From Chthoniobacteraceae bacterium (lineage in GTDB: Bacteria; Verrucomicrobiota; Verrucomicrobiia; Chthoniobacterales; Chthoniobacteraceae), in assembly GCA_037190965.1 (NCBI GenBank), contig JBBCKI010000019.1, positions 32,001-96,000 of the forward strand: a DNA stretch of 64,000 nucleotides. Reading direction: 5' to 3'. This document shows, piece by piece, positions 41,957 through 52,092 of this stretch (the first letter of the stretch is position 1; each line of letters begins with the position of its first letter). The notes beneath the pieces are model-generated. The model worked only from the letters and a program-made list of their open reading frames with translations. It was not told the origin of the DNA and ran no database searches. The translations under genes were made by a program, and so were the position numbers.

Positions 41957-43276
41957 ATGACACATAGAGTATTACTCAAGAATCTTTTTCAGCCTTCCGC
42001 TCCGGTGGCGCACCCGAAGGGTAGCTCTCTCCGTCGGCTCTCGGGCAGAATGACCCGACTGGCAATTTTTGGCGCTTCGCTGGCATTCATGGGGAAGGCC
42101 CACGCGGTTGATGCCACATGGAACACAGGGACCGGCTCATACCACCTCGGCTCCAACTGGGTTGGGGGAACCGCGCCAGCGGGCGCATCAGTCGCCACCT
42201 TCAGCAATTCCGGCGCAGGCACCGTCACTATCGTAGGTAACCTGGGGCTCAAAGGGATCACTTACACTGCGAACGCCAGCGCCTACACATTGTCTCAAAC
42301 AGACAGCCCTTATATCGAGTTCAACGACGGCACGATTCAAACGACCGGGACAGGCGCGAATAGCCAGAACATCACCGCCACCCTTGCAGTGGTAACGGGG
42401 CTCGTCCTGAGCAGTGGCTATACGTCTCCTTCGCATGTTCTCAATATTTCAGGCGCTGTTTATGGCCGCGCTGGCTTGACCAACACAGTCACCCTGACCG
42501 GTGCGAATACCGGCGCAAACAAGATCAGCGGCGTTATCAGCAACACCACTGGCACCACCGCCATTACCAAAAGCGGCGCGGGAACCTGGGTGCTATCGGG
42601 CGTCAATACCTACACCGGCGCGACCCAGGTGAACCAGGGGCTGCTCCTGGTCACCGGCACACACTCCGGGGCCTATACGGTCAATGGAGGTCAATTGGGT
42701 GGCGCAGGAGGCAAAATCACGGCGACCGGCATTACGTTGGGCAGTGCGGCAGGATCCGGAATCAACGTATCCGGGGCTGGCTTGGGCACCGTAGGATCGC
42801 AGAACGGCGTCGTGGCAACCGGAACTCTCGAACTTGTCCTGGGCGGCGGTTCGCTCAACATCAGCCAGGCGGGCAACAGTTCCCTGACATTCGCTCTGAA
42901 CACGCCGGGTAACAGCGATCAGGTAAAGCTCACTACCGGCACCCTGAATATCGGCGTCGGAGCGCTCAGCCTTGCGAGTTTCAACTTCGATATTTCCAAT
43001 TGGGAACCCACTGGCGCGCAGGGTACCTACAACCTGTTTACGACTTCTTCTCCCGGCGGTATCACCGGTTCGCTGGCAAGCAGCAACCTTACCGGAATCT
43101 GGGGCGGCTACAACGTGACGCTCACCCAGGGTTTTGATGGGGGCGGGAACGCGGCGATCCAGCTTGTCGTGGTTCCGGAGCCTTCCACCCTCCACATTCT
43201 GGGCGCAGGCCTGCTCGTGGGAATCGCGGCCGTTCTTCGCCGCCGCAAGAACGGTGTAGCCGTGTCTGTTTCGTAG
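41957..43276 (+). CDS. PEP-CTERM surface protein with autotransporter-associated beta-strand repeat
   Basis: signal peptide, TKSGAGTWVLSGVNTYTGAT repeat, C-terminal VPEPST-TM-RRRK. Confidence 0.92.
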   Translation: MTHRVLLKNLFQPSAPVAHPKGSSLRRLSGRMTRLAIFGASLAFMGKAHAVDATWNTGTGSYHLGSNWVGGTAPAGASVATFSNSGAGTVTIVGNLGLKGITYTANASAYTLSQTDSPYIEFNDGTIQTTGTGANSQNITATLAVVTGLVLSSGYTSPSHVLNISGAVYGRAGLTNTVTLTGANTGANKISGVISNTTGTTAITKSGAGTWVLSGVNTYTGATQVNQGLLLVTGTHSGAYTVNGGQLGGAGGKITATGITLGSAAGSGINVSGAGLGTVGSQNGVVATGTLELVLGGGSLNISQAGNSSLTFALNTPGNSDQVKLTTGTLNIGVGALSLASFNFDISNWEPTGAQGTYNLFTTSSPGGITGSLASSNLTGIWGGYNVTLTQGFDGGGNAAIQLVVVPEPSTLHILGAGLLVGIAAVLRRRKNGVAVSVS

Positions 43277-43327
43277 AACAGACGCCGCAGGGGGGATATG
43301 TGCCTCCCCGCTAAATAGGCTCAAATG

Positions 43328-43368
43328 AAAAGCCGGCTCCCGAGTGTGACCACTCGGAAGCCGGTTTT
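43328..43368. terminator. bidirectional terminator-like hairpin
   Basis: AAAAGCCGGCTCCCGAGTG-tgac-CACTCGGAAGCCGGTTTT between convergent genes. Confidence 0.7.
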
Positions 43369-43372
43369 AACT

Positions 43373-43439
43373 TGTTGGGACGCGGCCCTCATGAAGCCAC
43401 GGAAGTCGATACCCGCGCTCGACGGCGCGAGCGTGCTAC
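43373..43439 (+). repeat. REPIN-like family 1, right part
   Basis: TGTTGGGA...GATACCCGCGCTCGACGGCGCGAGCGTGCTAC followed by CGGTGCT as in the other copies. Confidence 0.8.
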
Positions 43440-43568
43440 CGGTGCTCCCGCACCATTTGTTTCTTTCTACCTCCCCTTCATGCACAGCGAGGAACCGTGA
43501 GGCTCGACGAAAGTCACTCGCGGCCAGCGGATTGCGCCAGATCGCCCCGATCTATTGACGTTTTTAGG

Positions 43569-44450
43569 CTAAGTGCCCGTGATCTGGCGGCACGCCTTGA
43601 CGGTGTTCGCCATCAGCATCGCAATCGTCATCGGCCCGACGCCACCGGGGACCGGGGTGATCCTGGAGCATTTCGGGGCGACTTCATCGAAATCGACGTC
43701 GCCGACGAGTTTGTAACCCTTGGCGTTGGAGGGATCTTCCACGCGGTTGATGCCAACGTCGATGACCACCGCGCCTTCACGGACATGCTTGGCTTTGACA
43801 AAGCCGGGCCTGCCGATGGCGGCGATCAGGATATCAGCCGAGCGGGTGATCTCCGCCATATTCCGCGAACGGGAATGGACGACGGTGACGGTGGCGTCTC
43901 CCCCTTTGCCCTTGGCCATGAGAAGGAGGGCCATCGGTTTGCCGACGATCATGGAACGGCCCAGCACGACGGCATGGAGCCCGGCGGGATCGACGCCGCT
44001 CGCCAGCAGCAAACGCTGGCAGCCAAGCGGGGTGCACGGGACGAAGCCGGTGGGGTCGCCCAAGGTCAGCTTGGCGACGTTGATCGGGTGGAACCCGTCG
44101 ACGTCCTTTCGCGGGTCGATGGTTTCCACCACTGCCGCCTCGTCGATATGGGGAGGAGGCGGCGATTGGACGAGAATGCCGTGGATCGCCGGGTCGGCGT
44201 TGAGCTGGCGCACGAGCGCGACAAGATCCTCCTGGCTGGTCTCTGCCGGAAGCTCGTGCTTCACGGAGTGCAGCCCGAGTTCGCGGGACATCTTCTCCTT
44301 GGAGCGGACGTAAGCGCGCGAAGCGGGGTCGTCCCCCACCAGCACCACCGCGAGCCCGGGGGTGATTCCCTTTTCCTTGAGCTTGGCGACTTCGGCGCGG
44401 GTTTCGGCGTGGACTTCGTGGGCGATCTGTTTGCCGTCGATCAATTGCAT
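43569..44450 (-). CDS. folD: bifunctional methylenetetrahydrofolate dehydrogenase/cyclohydrolase
   Basis: [43 protein letters not shown]. Confidence 0.97.
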   Translation of the reverse strand: MQLIDGKQIAHEVHAETRAEVAKLKEKGITPGLAVVLVGDDPASRAYVRSKEKMSRELGLHSVKHELPAETSQEDLVALVRQLNADPAIHGILVQSPPPPHIDEAAVVETIDPRKDVDGFHPINVAKLTLGDPTGFVPCTPLGCQRLLLASGVDPAGLHAVVLGRSMIVGKPMALLLMAKGKGGDATVTVVHSRSRNMAEITRSADILIAAIGRPGFVKAKHVREGAVVIDVGINRVEDPSNAKGYKLVGDVDFDEVAPKCSRITPVPGGVGPMTIAMLMANTVKACRQITGT

Positions 44451-44483
44451 GTGCGGATTCCTTGGTGGTTGCCTGTCTTTATT

Positions 44484-45779
44484 CTATTCCAGCCGGATTT
44501 CGGCGGAGCGGCCATGGGCGTCGAGCCCTTCAATGGTAGCGAAAGTCTGGATGACGGGAAGCGATTTGCGGAGCGACGCGGCGTCGAACCGGACAAGGCT
44601 CGTACGACGCTGGAACTGGTCCACGGTCAGGCCCGGGAACGATTTTCCGGCTCCGCCCGTGGGGAGTTCGTGCGATGGGCCTGCGACAAAGTCGCCGCCC
44701 GCGACGGGAGAATACCCACCGAGGAAAATGGCACCCGCCGTTCGGATCTGAGCCGCCAGCGCATCCTCGGTTTTGGCGTCCTTCGCGACGATGGAGACAT
44801 GCTCCGGGGCGTAAGCGTTGCAGAGCGCCACGGCATCCTTGAGGGTTTTTACGAGCACCAGGGTGGTGCTTTCGTTCAGGACTCCCGCGATGTGCGGGAC
44901 GCGGGAAAGCGTTTTGGCCTGTCGGGCGACTTCCTTTTCCACGGCGTTGAGAAGACGCGCGGAGTTGGTGACGAAGATCACTTCACTGTTGTGGCCATGC
45001 TCGGCTTGCGCGAGGAGATCGGAGGCGATCCAGGCGGGATTCGCGGAAGCGTCCGCAATCACGAGGATTTCGCTCGGGCCGGGGAGGAGATCGACGGCGA
45101 CACGGCCGAAAACCTGCCGTTTGGCTTCCACGACGTAGGCATTGCCCGGGCCGTAGATCTTGGCGACGGGCCGGATGGAGGCGGTTCCGTAAGCAAGAGC
45201 GGCGATGGCCTGGGCACCGCCGACTTTGTAGACCTCCGTGGCTCCGGCGACTTGAAGCGCGTAAAGAAGGGCGTCGTTAACCCGGCCATCAGGACCGGCG
45301 GGAGTGGCGACGACAATCTCCGGAACGCCTGCCACGGTGGCCAGCGTGCAGGTCATGATGGCGGTGGAGACGAGCGGAGCCGTTCCCCCGGGAACATAGA
45401 TGCCGACCCGCTGGAATGGATCGAAGCGTTCGCCGACTTTTACCCCGTGAGCATTGCGTCCGCTCCACTCCTTGCGGCGACTCCGTTCCGCGAAGCTCTT
45501 TACGTTGGCGTGGGAGGCGGCAACGGCCTCTCTCGTGGCGGCATCGACGCGGCCTGAGGCGGTCTTGAATTCCTCAGGGGTGACCCGCACTTTTTTGGCG
45601 GTGAGGCGGGGGCCTCCGAATTTTTCGGTCAGCTCGAAGAGAGCCTTGTCGCCTTCTTTTTGAATCCGCTCGACGATTTGCCCCACGGTGGCGTGAACTT
45701 CCGCGCTCGGCGCGGCGGCGCGATTAAGGGTGGCAATGGCTTTGGAGAAGCCGGGATCGGTGTATCGCAGGAGGCGCAT
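44484..45779 (-). CDS. hisD: histidinol dehydrogenase
   Basis: GIYVPGG, GGAQAIAALAYGT, GPGNAYV, GPSE, DLLAQAEH, APEH, GPSHELPT. Confidence 0.97.
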   Translation of the reverse strand: MRLLRYTDPGFSKAIATLNRAAAPSAEVHATVGQIVERIQKEGDKALFELTEKFGGPRLTAKKVRVTPEEFKTASGRVDAATREAVAASHANVKSFAERSRRKEWSGRNAHGVKVGERFDPFQRVGIYVPGGTAPLVSTAIMTCTLATVAGVPEIVVATPAGPDGRVNDALLYALQVAGATEVYKVGGAQAIAALAYGTASIRPVAKIYGPGNAYVVEAKRQVFGRVAVDLLPGPSEILVIADASANPAWIASDLLAQAEHGHNSEVIFVTNSARLLNAVEKEVARQAKTLSRVPHIAGVLNESTTLVLVKTLKDAVALCNAYAPEHVSIVAKDAKTEDALAAQIRTAGAIFLGGYSPVAGGDFVAGPSHELPTGGAGKSFPGLTVDQFQRRTSLVRFDAASLRKSLPVIQTFATIEGLDAHGRSAEIRLE

Positions 45780-45846
45780 GGACGAAAAATGAAGGAGAGG
45801 TGGCGAAAAACGGCAGCGGGATCAGACGAACGGCGATGAAACAACC

Positions 45847-45879
45847 CAGCGCGTCTTCCGCTTTGCGGGAGACGCGCTG
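45847..45879 (-). terminator. terminator-like hairpin downstream of the secreted helical protein gene
   Basis: CAGCGCGTCTTCCGC-ttt-GCGGGAGACGCGCTG. Confidence 0.55.
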
Positions 45880-45930
45880 TCGGTAAGGAAACCCGGGGTT
45901 TTTGAGGAATCCCGGGACTTCAAAGGCGGT

Positions 45931-46719
45931 TTATCCGTTGGTGACCGGGGTCTCGTGATGAATGATGTAGCCCGGAGGGAACATCACGTCATCCGACTTG
46001 AGGCGTTTCAAGCTCGCGCGGATCTGTTCGCGGATCGCCGGGTCATCGATCACGTCGAGGACGCCCCGTTCCACCTGGTCCAGTAAATCGTCGGGAACTC
46101 CGAGCGCCCGGAGGGTCGCGGTGAAAATCTCGACGATCTTGGCGGTGAAATCGAGTTCCGGGCCAACCAGTACCACGGCCTGAACCAATTGGATGATCAA
46201 AGCCTGGTTTGCGGGATTCGACGGATCGAGATGATAGGCAAGGATGGCGGCCACGTTTCCGATCTCCGTGGCGCAGGCGTCGGCGAGAGTCGGTGATTCG
46301 GGTTCGATGGTTCCCTTGAAGTCTGGCTCTCCGTCGGGGCGGAGCTTGTTTTTAATAGAGATGGTGATCTGCCGGGCGATTTCCACTACCTGAGCTGCAA
46401 GTGCCGGGTGATTCGGGAAAAGTTTGCCGATGGCTTCCGCGATTTCTTTGCCGCGTTCGAGAGGAGCTGCTTTTGCAAGAGCCCCGGCGATGGTGGGAGC
46501 CTCGCTGGCCGGATGGGCGAGGATTACGCGCTGGACTGCGTCTTGAAAAACCGAGGTCGGCGCGTTGTTGATATTCAAACCGGAGGGAAGCGCCTGATTG
46601 ACTTCCCGGACGTACTGGTACCGGGAGGCGGCCTGGACTGATGGAACGGCAATGGGGGCCATCAGCAGAGCCAGTGATAGCGCCGTATGCCGCACAAGCG
46701 TTTTCGTGAAAGTTGGCAT
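45931..46719 (-). CDS. hypothetical secreted Ala-rich helical protein
   Basis: signal peptide MPTFTKTLVRHTALSLALLMAPIAVPSVQA; start inferred because the longer ORF extension is antisense to the FGE gene. Confidence 0.75.
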   Translation of the reverse strand: MPTFTKTLVRHTALSLALLMAPIAVPSVQAASRYQYVREVNQALPSGLNINNAPTSVFQDAVQRVILAHPASEAPTIAGALAKAAPLERGKEIAEAIGKLFPNHPALAAQVVEIARQITISIKNKLRPDGEPDFKGTIEPESPTLADACATEIGNVAAILAYHLDPSNPANQALIIQLVQAVVLVGPELDFTAKIVEIFTATLRALGVPDDLLDQVERGVLDVIDDPAIREQIRASLKRLKSDDVMFPPGYIIHHETPVTNG

Positions 46720-46908
46720 GATTATAAAAAAAGCGTTTGTACAACGCGGGCTTACGCGGGTGGTGCACGGCGGTCCACGCCGGCAATGGTCAGCGGGAGT
46801 GTAAAGGAGGCGGGGCAGGGGTGTCCAACCTAAAAAATACGCCCCAATCATGGCATTCGCGGGAGTAGCACCCGCGAATGCCCCGCCGTTCGATTGGAGA
46901 TGTTTAGG

Positions 46909-48063
46909 ATGAGTCTCCATTGGAACACGCATTGGAAGCGAGCGATCCTGGCGGTGGCGATCGCCGGATTCCTGTTGGGAACCGCGGGTGCGGAACTTCC
47001 TTCGCCTCTCTCCGCCTTTGTCCCGACGGTGGAAAATGCTGCCGTGCCGCGCGAGTCCGGGCAGGGCCCGGAAGGGATGGCCTGGATCCCCGGCGGCGAG
47101 TTTTCGATGGGGTGCGATACTTGCGCCTCGGGTGTCTGCGGAGGGGGGCAGGCAGAAATGACTGATGCCCGGCCGGTTCATCGCGTTTACGTGGATGGCT
47201 TTTGGATGGACAGGACGGTGGTAACCAACGAGCAGTTCGCCCGGTTTGTGGATGCGACGGGTTATGTGACCGTGGCCGAGCGGCCTCCGCGCGCGGAGGA
47301 TTTTCCGGGAGCGCCGAAAGAGAGTCTGGTGGCGGGTTCGGTGGTGTTCGCGCCTCCCGACGGCCCGGTGCCACTGTGCAACCAGTATCGGTGGTGGACT
47401 TACGAGAAAGGAGTCAGTTGGCGGAATCCATCGGGTCGGACCGGGCAAGTGGGGAGCGATCTGAAAGGGATGCCCGTTGTCCATATTGCCTATGAGGACG
47501 CGCTGGCCTACGCCAAATGGGCCGGGAAGCGCCTTCCAACAGAAGCGGAATGGGAGTTCGCCGCGCGCGGCGGCCTTACCGGCAAAAATTACCCGTGGGG
47601 TGATGAATTCGTGCCGGGCGGGCGTTGGATGGCCAACACATTTCAGGGGCATTTCCCGTATCAGGATATCGCTGAAGATGGTTTTGCCGGGATCGCCCCT
47701 GTCGCCCAATACCCGCCGAACGGTTATGGGCTTTATGACATGGCGGGGAATGTCTGGCAGTGGTGCAGCGATTGGTATCGTGCCGATACTTACCAGGGTA
47801 ACGCCGCGTCCGACTTCGTCGCCCGTAATCCACAAGGCCCGGCTACTTCTCTGGATCCGTCCGAGCCATCGCAGAAAAAGCGGGTGCAGCGGGGCGGCTC
47901 CTTTCTTTGTTCCGATCAGTATTGCGCACGATACTTGGTGGGATCTCGAGGCAAGGGGGAGGAGAGCAGCGGCAGCAACCATATCGGGTTTCGCTGCGTG
48001 CGCGATGGGAAAGCTGCTTCTGCACAATCAGGAATCACAAACGTAAAGGGAATCATACCATGA
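46909..48063 (+). CDS. formylglycine-generating enzyme (SUMF1/FGE)
   Basis: RLPTEAEWEFAARGG, DMAGNVWQW, RGGSFLCSDQYCARY with catalytic Cys pair, HIGFRC. Confidence 0.93.
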   Translation: MSLHWNTHWKRAILAVAIAGFLLGTAGAELPSPLSAFVPTVENAAVPRESGQGPEGMAWIPGGEFSMGCDTCASGVCGGGQAEMTDARPVHRVYVDGFWMDRTVVTNEQFARFVDATGYVTVAERPPRAEDFPGAPKESLVAGSVVFAPPDGPVPLCNQYRWWTYEKGVSWRNPSGRTGQVGSDLKGMPVVHIAYEDALAYAKWAGKRLPTEAEWEFAARGGLTGKNYPWGDEFVPGGRWMANTFQGHFPYQDIAEDGFAGIAPVAQYPPNGYGLYDMAGNVWQWCSDWYRADTYQGNAASDFVARNPQGPATSLDPSEPSQKKRVQRGGSFLCSDQYCARYLVGSRGKGEESSGSNHIGFRCVRDGKAASAQSGITNVKGIIP

Positions 48064-49640
48064 GAGATTGGATCATCGCAGGGTTGGCATTGGGTTTTGG
48101 CTGGCTGTCCGCTGCGCAGGCCCAGCAGAAGCAGCCGAACATCGTGGTCATTATGGGTGACGATATCGGCTGGTTTAACATCGGCGCTTACCATCAGGGG
48201 ATCATGGCGGGCAGAACGCCCAACCTCGACCGGCTCGCCTCGGAGGGGATGCGGTTCACTGATTACTACGCCGAGGCAAGCTGTACGGCGGGCCGCGCCA
48301 ACTTCATCACCGGCGAACTGCCGATCCGCACCGGGTTGACCACGGTTGGCCAGGCGGGGGCAAAGATCGGTATTCCGGCGCAAGCCGTCACCATTGCCAC
48401 GGTGCTCAAGTCGATGGGATACGCCACCGGCCAGTTCGGGAAGAATCACCTGGGCGATCTGAATGAATTTCTTCCCACGGTGCATGGGTTCGACGAGTTT
48501 TTCGGCTATCTCTATCATCTCGACGCGATGGAGGACCCCGCCCATCCGAATTACCCGCAGGATCTTCTTGATAGGGTCGGCCCGCGCAACATGATCCATT
48601 CCTGGGCAACGGAGGTGGATGATGCCACCGTGCAGCCTCGCTGGGGAAAGATAGGCAAACAGAGAATCGAGGATGCGGGGACGCTTTTCCCCGAGCGGAT
48701 GAAAACCGTGGACACCGAGATCCTCGATCACACGCTCAAGTTCATCGACAAGGCCCAGAAGGACGGCAAGCCGTTCTTTATCTGGATGAACCCGAGCCGG
48801 ATGCATGTTGTGACGCACCTCTCCGAGAAGTATGAGAAGATGCGCAACTCCGAAAACGGTTGGTCGATCCAGGAGGCCGGTATGGCGCAGCTCGACGATG
48901 TTGTCGGCGCGGTGATGGAAAAGCTCAAGGAGGCTGGGCTCGATGACAACACCATCGTCGTTTTTACCACCGATAACGGAGCGGAAAACTTCACATGGCC
49001 CGACGGCGGGCAGACGCCGTTTGCCGGAGGGAAGGGGACGGCGCTGGAAGGGGGATTCCGTGTCCCCGCGTTGGTGCGCTGGCCGGGGAACGTGCCCGCC
49101 GGCAAGGTCGAAAACAGCATCATGTCGGGGCTCGACTGGTTCCCCACCTTCGTCGCCATGGCTGGGAATCCCAAAATCGCCGATGAGCTTAAGCAGGGAA
49201 AACAGTTGGGTGACCGGAAGTACAAGGTCCACCTCGATGGCTATAATCAGTTGGACTTCATCACGGGCAAGGGCCCTTCGCAGCGGCATGAGGTTCTCTA
49301 TTTCACGCAGAGTACCCTCGGCGCAGTGCGGATCGATGATTTCAAATATCGCTTCGTCGACCAGCCAAGCGGCTGGCTGGGCGCTACCGTCAAAGTCGAT
49401 TGGCCCATCCTCACCAATCTCCGGTTGGACCCGCTTGAGCGTACCGGAATCACCGGTTCACTCCAGTATGCGAACTGGTTTATCTATGAATTCTGGCGGT
49501 TTGTGTTCGTGCAGCAGCAGATCGAAAAGATCGGCCAGACGTTTGTGGAGTTTCCGCCGCTTCAGAGGGGCGCAAGCTTCAACCTCGAAGCGGTGAAGGA
49601 GCAAATCATGAAAGCCATCCAGTCTCGGGAAGGGAGCTGA
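48060..49640 (+). CDS. arylsulfatase (formylglycine-dependent)
   Basis: signal peptide, PNIVVIMGDD, SCTAGRA, GKNHLG, TTDNG, EGGFRVP; ATGA coupling to FGE. Confidence 0.94.
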   Translation: MRDWIIAGLALGFGWLSAAQAQQKQPNIVVIMGDDIGWFNIGAYHQGIMAGRTPNLDRLASEGMRFTDYYAEASCTAGRANFITGELPIRTGLTTVGQAGAKIGIPAQAVTIATVLKSMGYATGQFGKNHLGDLNEFLPTVHGFDEFFGYLYHLDAMEDPAHPNYPQDLLDRVGPRNMIHSWATEVDDATVQPRWGKIGKQRIEDAGTLFPERMKTVDTEILDHTLKFIDKAQKDGKPFFIWMNPSRMHVVTHLSEKYEKMRNSENGWSIQEAGMAQLDDVVGAVMEKLKEAGLDDNTIVVFTTDNGAENFTWPDGGQTPFAGGKGTALEGGFRVPALVRWPGNVPAGKVENSIMSGLDWFPTFVAMAGNPKIADELKQGKQLGDRKYKVHLDGYNQLDFITGKGPSQRHEVLYFTQSTLGAVRIDDFKYRFVDQPSGWLGATVKVDWPILTNLRLDPLERTGITGSLQYANWFIYEFWRFVFVQQQIEKIGQTFVEFPPLQRGASFNLEAVKEQIMKAIQSREGS

Positions 49641-49651
49641 TCGCCATCACC

Positions 49652-51439
49652 TCAGTCGCCCTTCGCCGTCTCTTTTTTCTCTGTCAGCTTGAGATGCTGG
49701 GCATAATAGGTCTGAAGGACTCTCAGCTTGGGATCCCACCGGAGTGCCATTTGATAGGCGTCTTTCGCTTCCTCGTGCCGGTTCAGCCCGTCGAGCGCTT
49801 GCCCGAGCCGCGTCAAAAGGTTGATGTCCTGAGGCACAAGACGAAGCCCATTTTTGTAGGCATCGACCGCTTCCTCAAAAAATGACGTTCGCAGGGTGGC
49901 TATCGGGATCATTGAGGCCCGGCTTCGGTGGGATTCTCCCAGGTAGAACCACGGGTCCGGGTTCTCCTGTTCAACGAGAATGGCGGCTTTGGAGTAGCGG
50001 ATGGCGTCGCTGAATTTCCTGTCACGCATTGCCACGCGGGCTTGTTCCGTTAGTCGCTCCCCTTCGAACCTGGGGATGACCGCGCTGACGAGGCAGGCCC
50101 CGATGACCGGCAGGGCGAAGCGGGCGAGAGTGACGGTCGAGGCGCGCGACGGTCTCAAGGCAGGGAGCGGACCGTCGCCCGGGTTGGCCAGAATCCCGAA
50201 GGCAAAAGCGTAGAGCAACGCGTTGCCGGGGATGTGCATGTTAAAATCCACGACGGAATGAGCCATCAGCGCGGCAACGACGCCGAGCGCTCCAAGGTTG
50301 AGCGCGAGGGTGTTGCTCCAGGGGGGGGACTGCGGATCGGTGAGTCTTTGCGTGGTTATTTTCCGCGCGCCGCGTATTCCGTTGGCAATGTGCATGACCA
50401 GGAAAAGGGCTGCCAGCGTTCCTCCGACGGTCCCGTACTCGGCCAGCATCTCCAGGTAGTCGCCGTGCGCATGGACGGGATCGGTCTGGAGCTCCGGGCG
50501 GCGGAAGAGGCGTCCGTAGATCAGGTGGGTTCCCGCGCCGGTTCCCCAGACGGGGGAGAGATGAAACTGATCCAGCGCGGCGGCCCAGTTCGCATAGCGG
50601 ATGTCGTTGGCGATGACTTTCTGGGCGCGAAGGCGAATTTTGTCGTTCCTCGCGCCGATGGAGAGCGCGGTGGCGAAAAGGGTCAGCAGGGTGAGGACCA
50701 CGACAAGCCCGGGGATGAACGCTTTCCCGGGCCGGACTCGGGAGATCATCCAGAGGAAGAGTGCCGCAAGGATCACCAGCGAGAAGGCGGAACTGAGATA
50801 GCCGCCACGGCTCAGGCTGATTGCCACGCCGACATAACAGAGAATCGCCACCGCCGCCGCCGTCAGTTTCTCCGCGATGGGCCAGCGGCTCCAGCAGGCA
50901 AGGGCCAGCGCAAACATGGCCGCCGCTTCCAGATAGCCCGCAAAGTGATTTGGGCTGATGAACATGCCGCTGGCGCGGTGGACCATCCCGTCGTTTGCCA
51001 TCGCGTCGGGCCGAAGAAAGCCGAACAGCATAAAGCCGCTCTTTTGGGTGAATTGAAAAAAGCCCAAAGTGACTTGAAACGCCGCGATGACCAAAAGGAG
51101 GGTGACGATGCGGAGGCGGTCGCGCGATCCCGTCAGGTAGAGCGCCGTCATCAGGTAGACGATGAGGCATCCCGCCGTCATGAAGAGATCGGGTCTTGCG
51201 AGGTACGGGTAGGGCGAGTACCAGGCGCGAATAAGCACGTAACCGCCGAGCAGGGTGGTGCTCAGCAAAGCGAGTCCGGAGGGTTTAGGAACGGGGCGGC
51301 GAAACGACGCAAGGGTGAGAAACGCGGCCGTTCCCAACAAGGCGTAGGAGGGATAACTGAAAAGCAATCGCGTGCCTCCAATGAGACACTGAATGACGAC
51401 GAACGCGATGGCAATGAGGAGGAAGTAGAGGAAATTCAC
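49652..51439 (-). CDS. O-antigen ligase family protein with C-terminal TPR repeats
   Basis: RASGMFISPNHFAGYL, SLSRGG, GTGAGT, HAHGDYLE, HSVVDFNMH; TPR-like C-terminus. Confidence 0.9.
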   Translation of the reverse strand: MNFLYFLLIAIAFVVIQCLIGGTRLLFSYPSYALLGTAAFLTLASFRRPVPKPSGLALLSTTLLGGYVLIRAWYSPYPYLARPDLFMTAGCLIVYLMTALYLTGSRDRLRIVTLLLVIAAFQVTLGFFQFTQKSGFMLFGFLRPDAMANDGMVHRASGMFISPNHFAGYLEAAAMFALALACWSRWPIAEKLTAAAVAILCYVGVAISLSRGGYLSSAFSLVILAALFLWMISRVRPGKAFIPGLVVVLTLLTLFATALSIGARNDKIRLRAQKVIANDIRYANWAAALDQFHLSPVWGTGAGTHLIYGRLFRRPELQTDPVHAHGDYLEMLAEYGTVGGTLAALFLVMHIANGIRGARKITTQRLTDPQSPPWSNTLALNLGALGVVAALMAHSVVDFNMHIPGNALLYAFAFGILANPGDGPLPALRPSRASTVTLARFALPVIGACLVSAVIPRFEGERLTEQARVAMRDRKFSDAIRYSKAAILVEQENPDPWFYLGESHRSRASMIPIATLRTSFFEEAVDAYKNGLRLVPQDINLLTRLGQALDGLNRHEEAKDAYQMALRWDPKLRVLQTYYAQHLKLTEKKETAKGD

Positions 51440-51516
51440 ACGGCGGGGATCGACCCGCGCCTATCGTGGCCTTGCGCGGAGGCGAAGTCAACGGGATCGA
51501 AAGGGGGGCTGGCCAG

Positions 51517-51658
51517 GTAGACCGCTCTCGCCGAGAAGCGCGGGAGATGAGCAGGAAACGCGTTTGACATTATCCCGCAAGGTGGGCTGAAGTTGTTGGG
51601 ATGTAGCCTTCAGGGAGCCGGGAGCCGATGCCCGCGCTCGACGGCGCGAGCGGACTAC
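51517..51658 (+). repeat. REPIN-like family 1, complete copy
   Basis: GTAG-hairpin...spacer...hairpin-CTAC, 142 bp. Confidence 0.85.
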
Positions 51659-51705
51659 CGGTGCTGCGCACCGATCGTTAGGGAGGCGTCGAATTTTTCT
51701 TCTTT

Positions 51706-52080
51706 TCAGGTTGATTCATCCGAAAGCGAATCGAGCTCCCGGCGTTCGCGCTTGGTGGGCCGGCCTGCGCCTTTTGGTCTCACGCCCGGCATCCGGAACG
51801 CGGCGTCCCGTTGTTTTTCGAATTCCTCGGGTGGCGTGAGGTCTTCGGCGAATTGAGGAACCAGTTTTGCCCCGACCCGGGAGGGGGGCATGGCTTCGAG
51901 CGCCCGCAGGGTGCGGGTGATGACCCCGGTGCGCGCGGTGATCAGTTCATTTGGCTTTACGGCATGGGATGGCTTTGCCGGGGTGCCGTTGACCTTCACG
52001 TGGCCGCCCTTGATGGCCGTGACGGAAAGGGCGCGGGTTTTATAAAGTCGAACCGCCCAAAGCCATTGGTCGAGTCGCAT
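51706..52080 (-). CDS. hslR: ribosome-associated heat shock protein Hsp15 (S4 domain)
   Basis: MRLDQWLWAVRLYKTR, GAGRPTKRERR. Confidence 0.92.
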   Translation of the reverse strand: MRLDQWLWAVRLYKTRALSVTAIKGGHVKVNGTPAKPSHAVKPNELITARTGVITRTLRALEAMPPSRVGAKLVPQFAEDLTPPEEFEKQRDAAFRMPGVRPKGAGRPTKRERRELDSLSDEST

Positions 52081-52092
52081 CGGTTGAAGGGG

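Noticed and set aside
46720..48027. N-terminal extension making the 45931 ORF 698 aa
   Set aside because: It is mostly antisense to the FGE gene; a signal peptide begins at ATG 46719.
48278..48300. Sulfatase motif CTAGR instead of CxPxR as a novelty
   Set aside because: CxAxR variants are known among formylglycine-dependent sulfatases.
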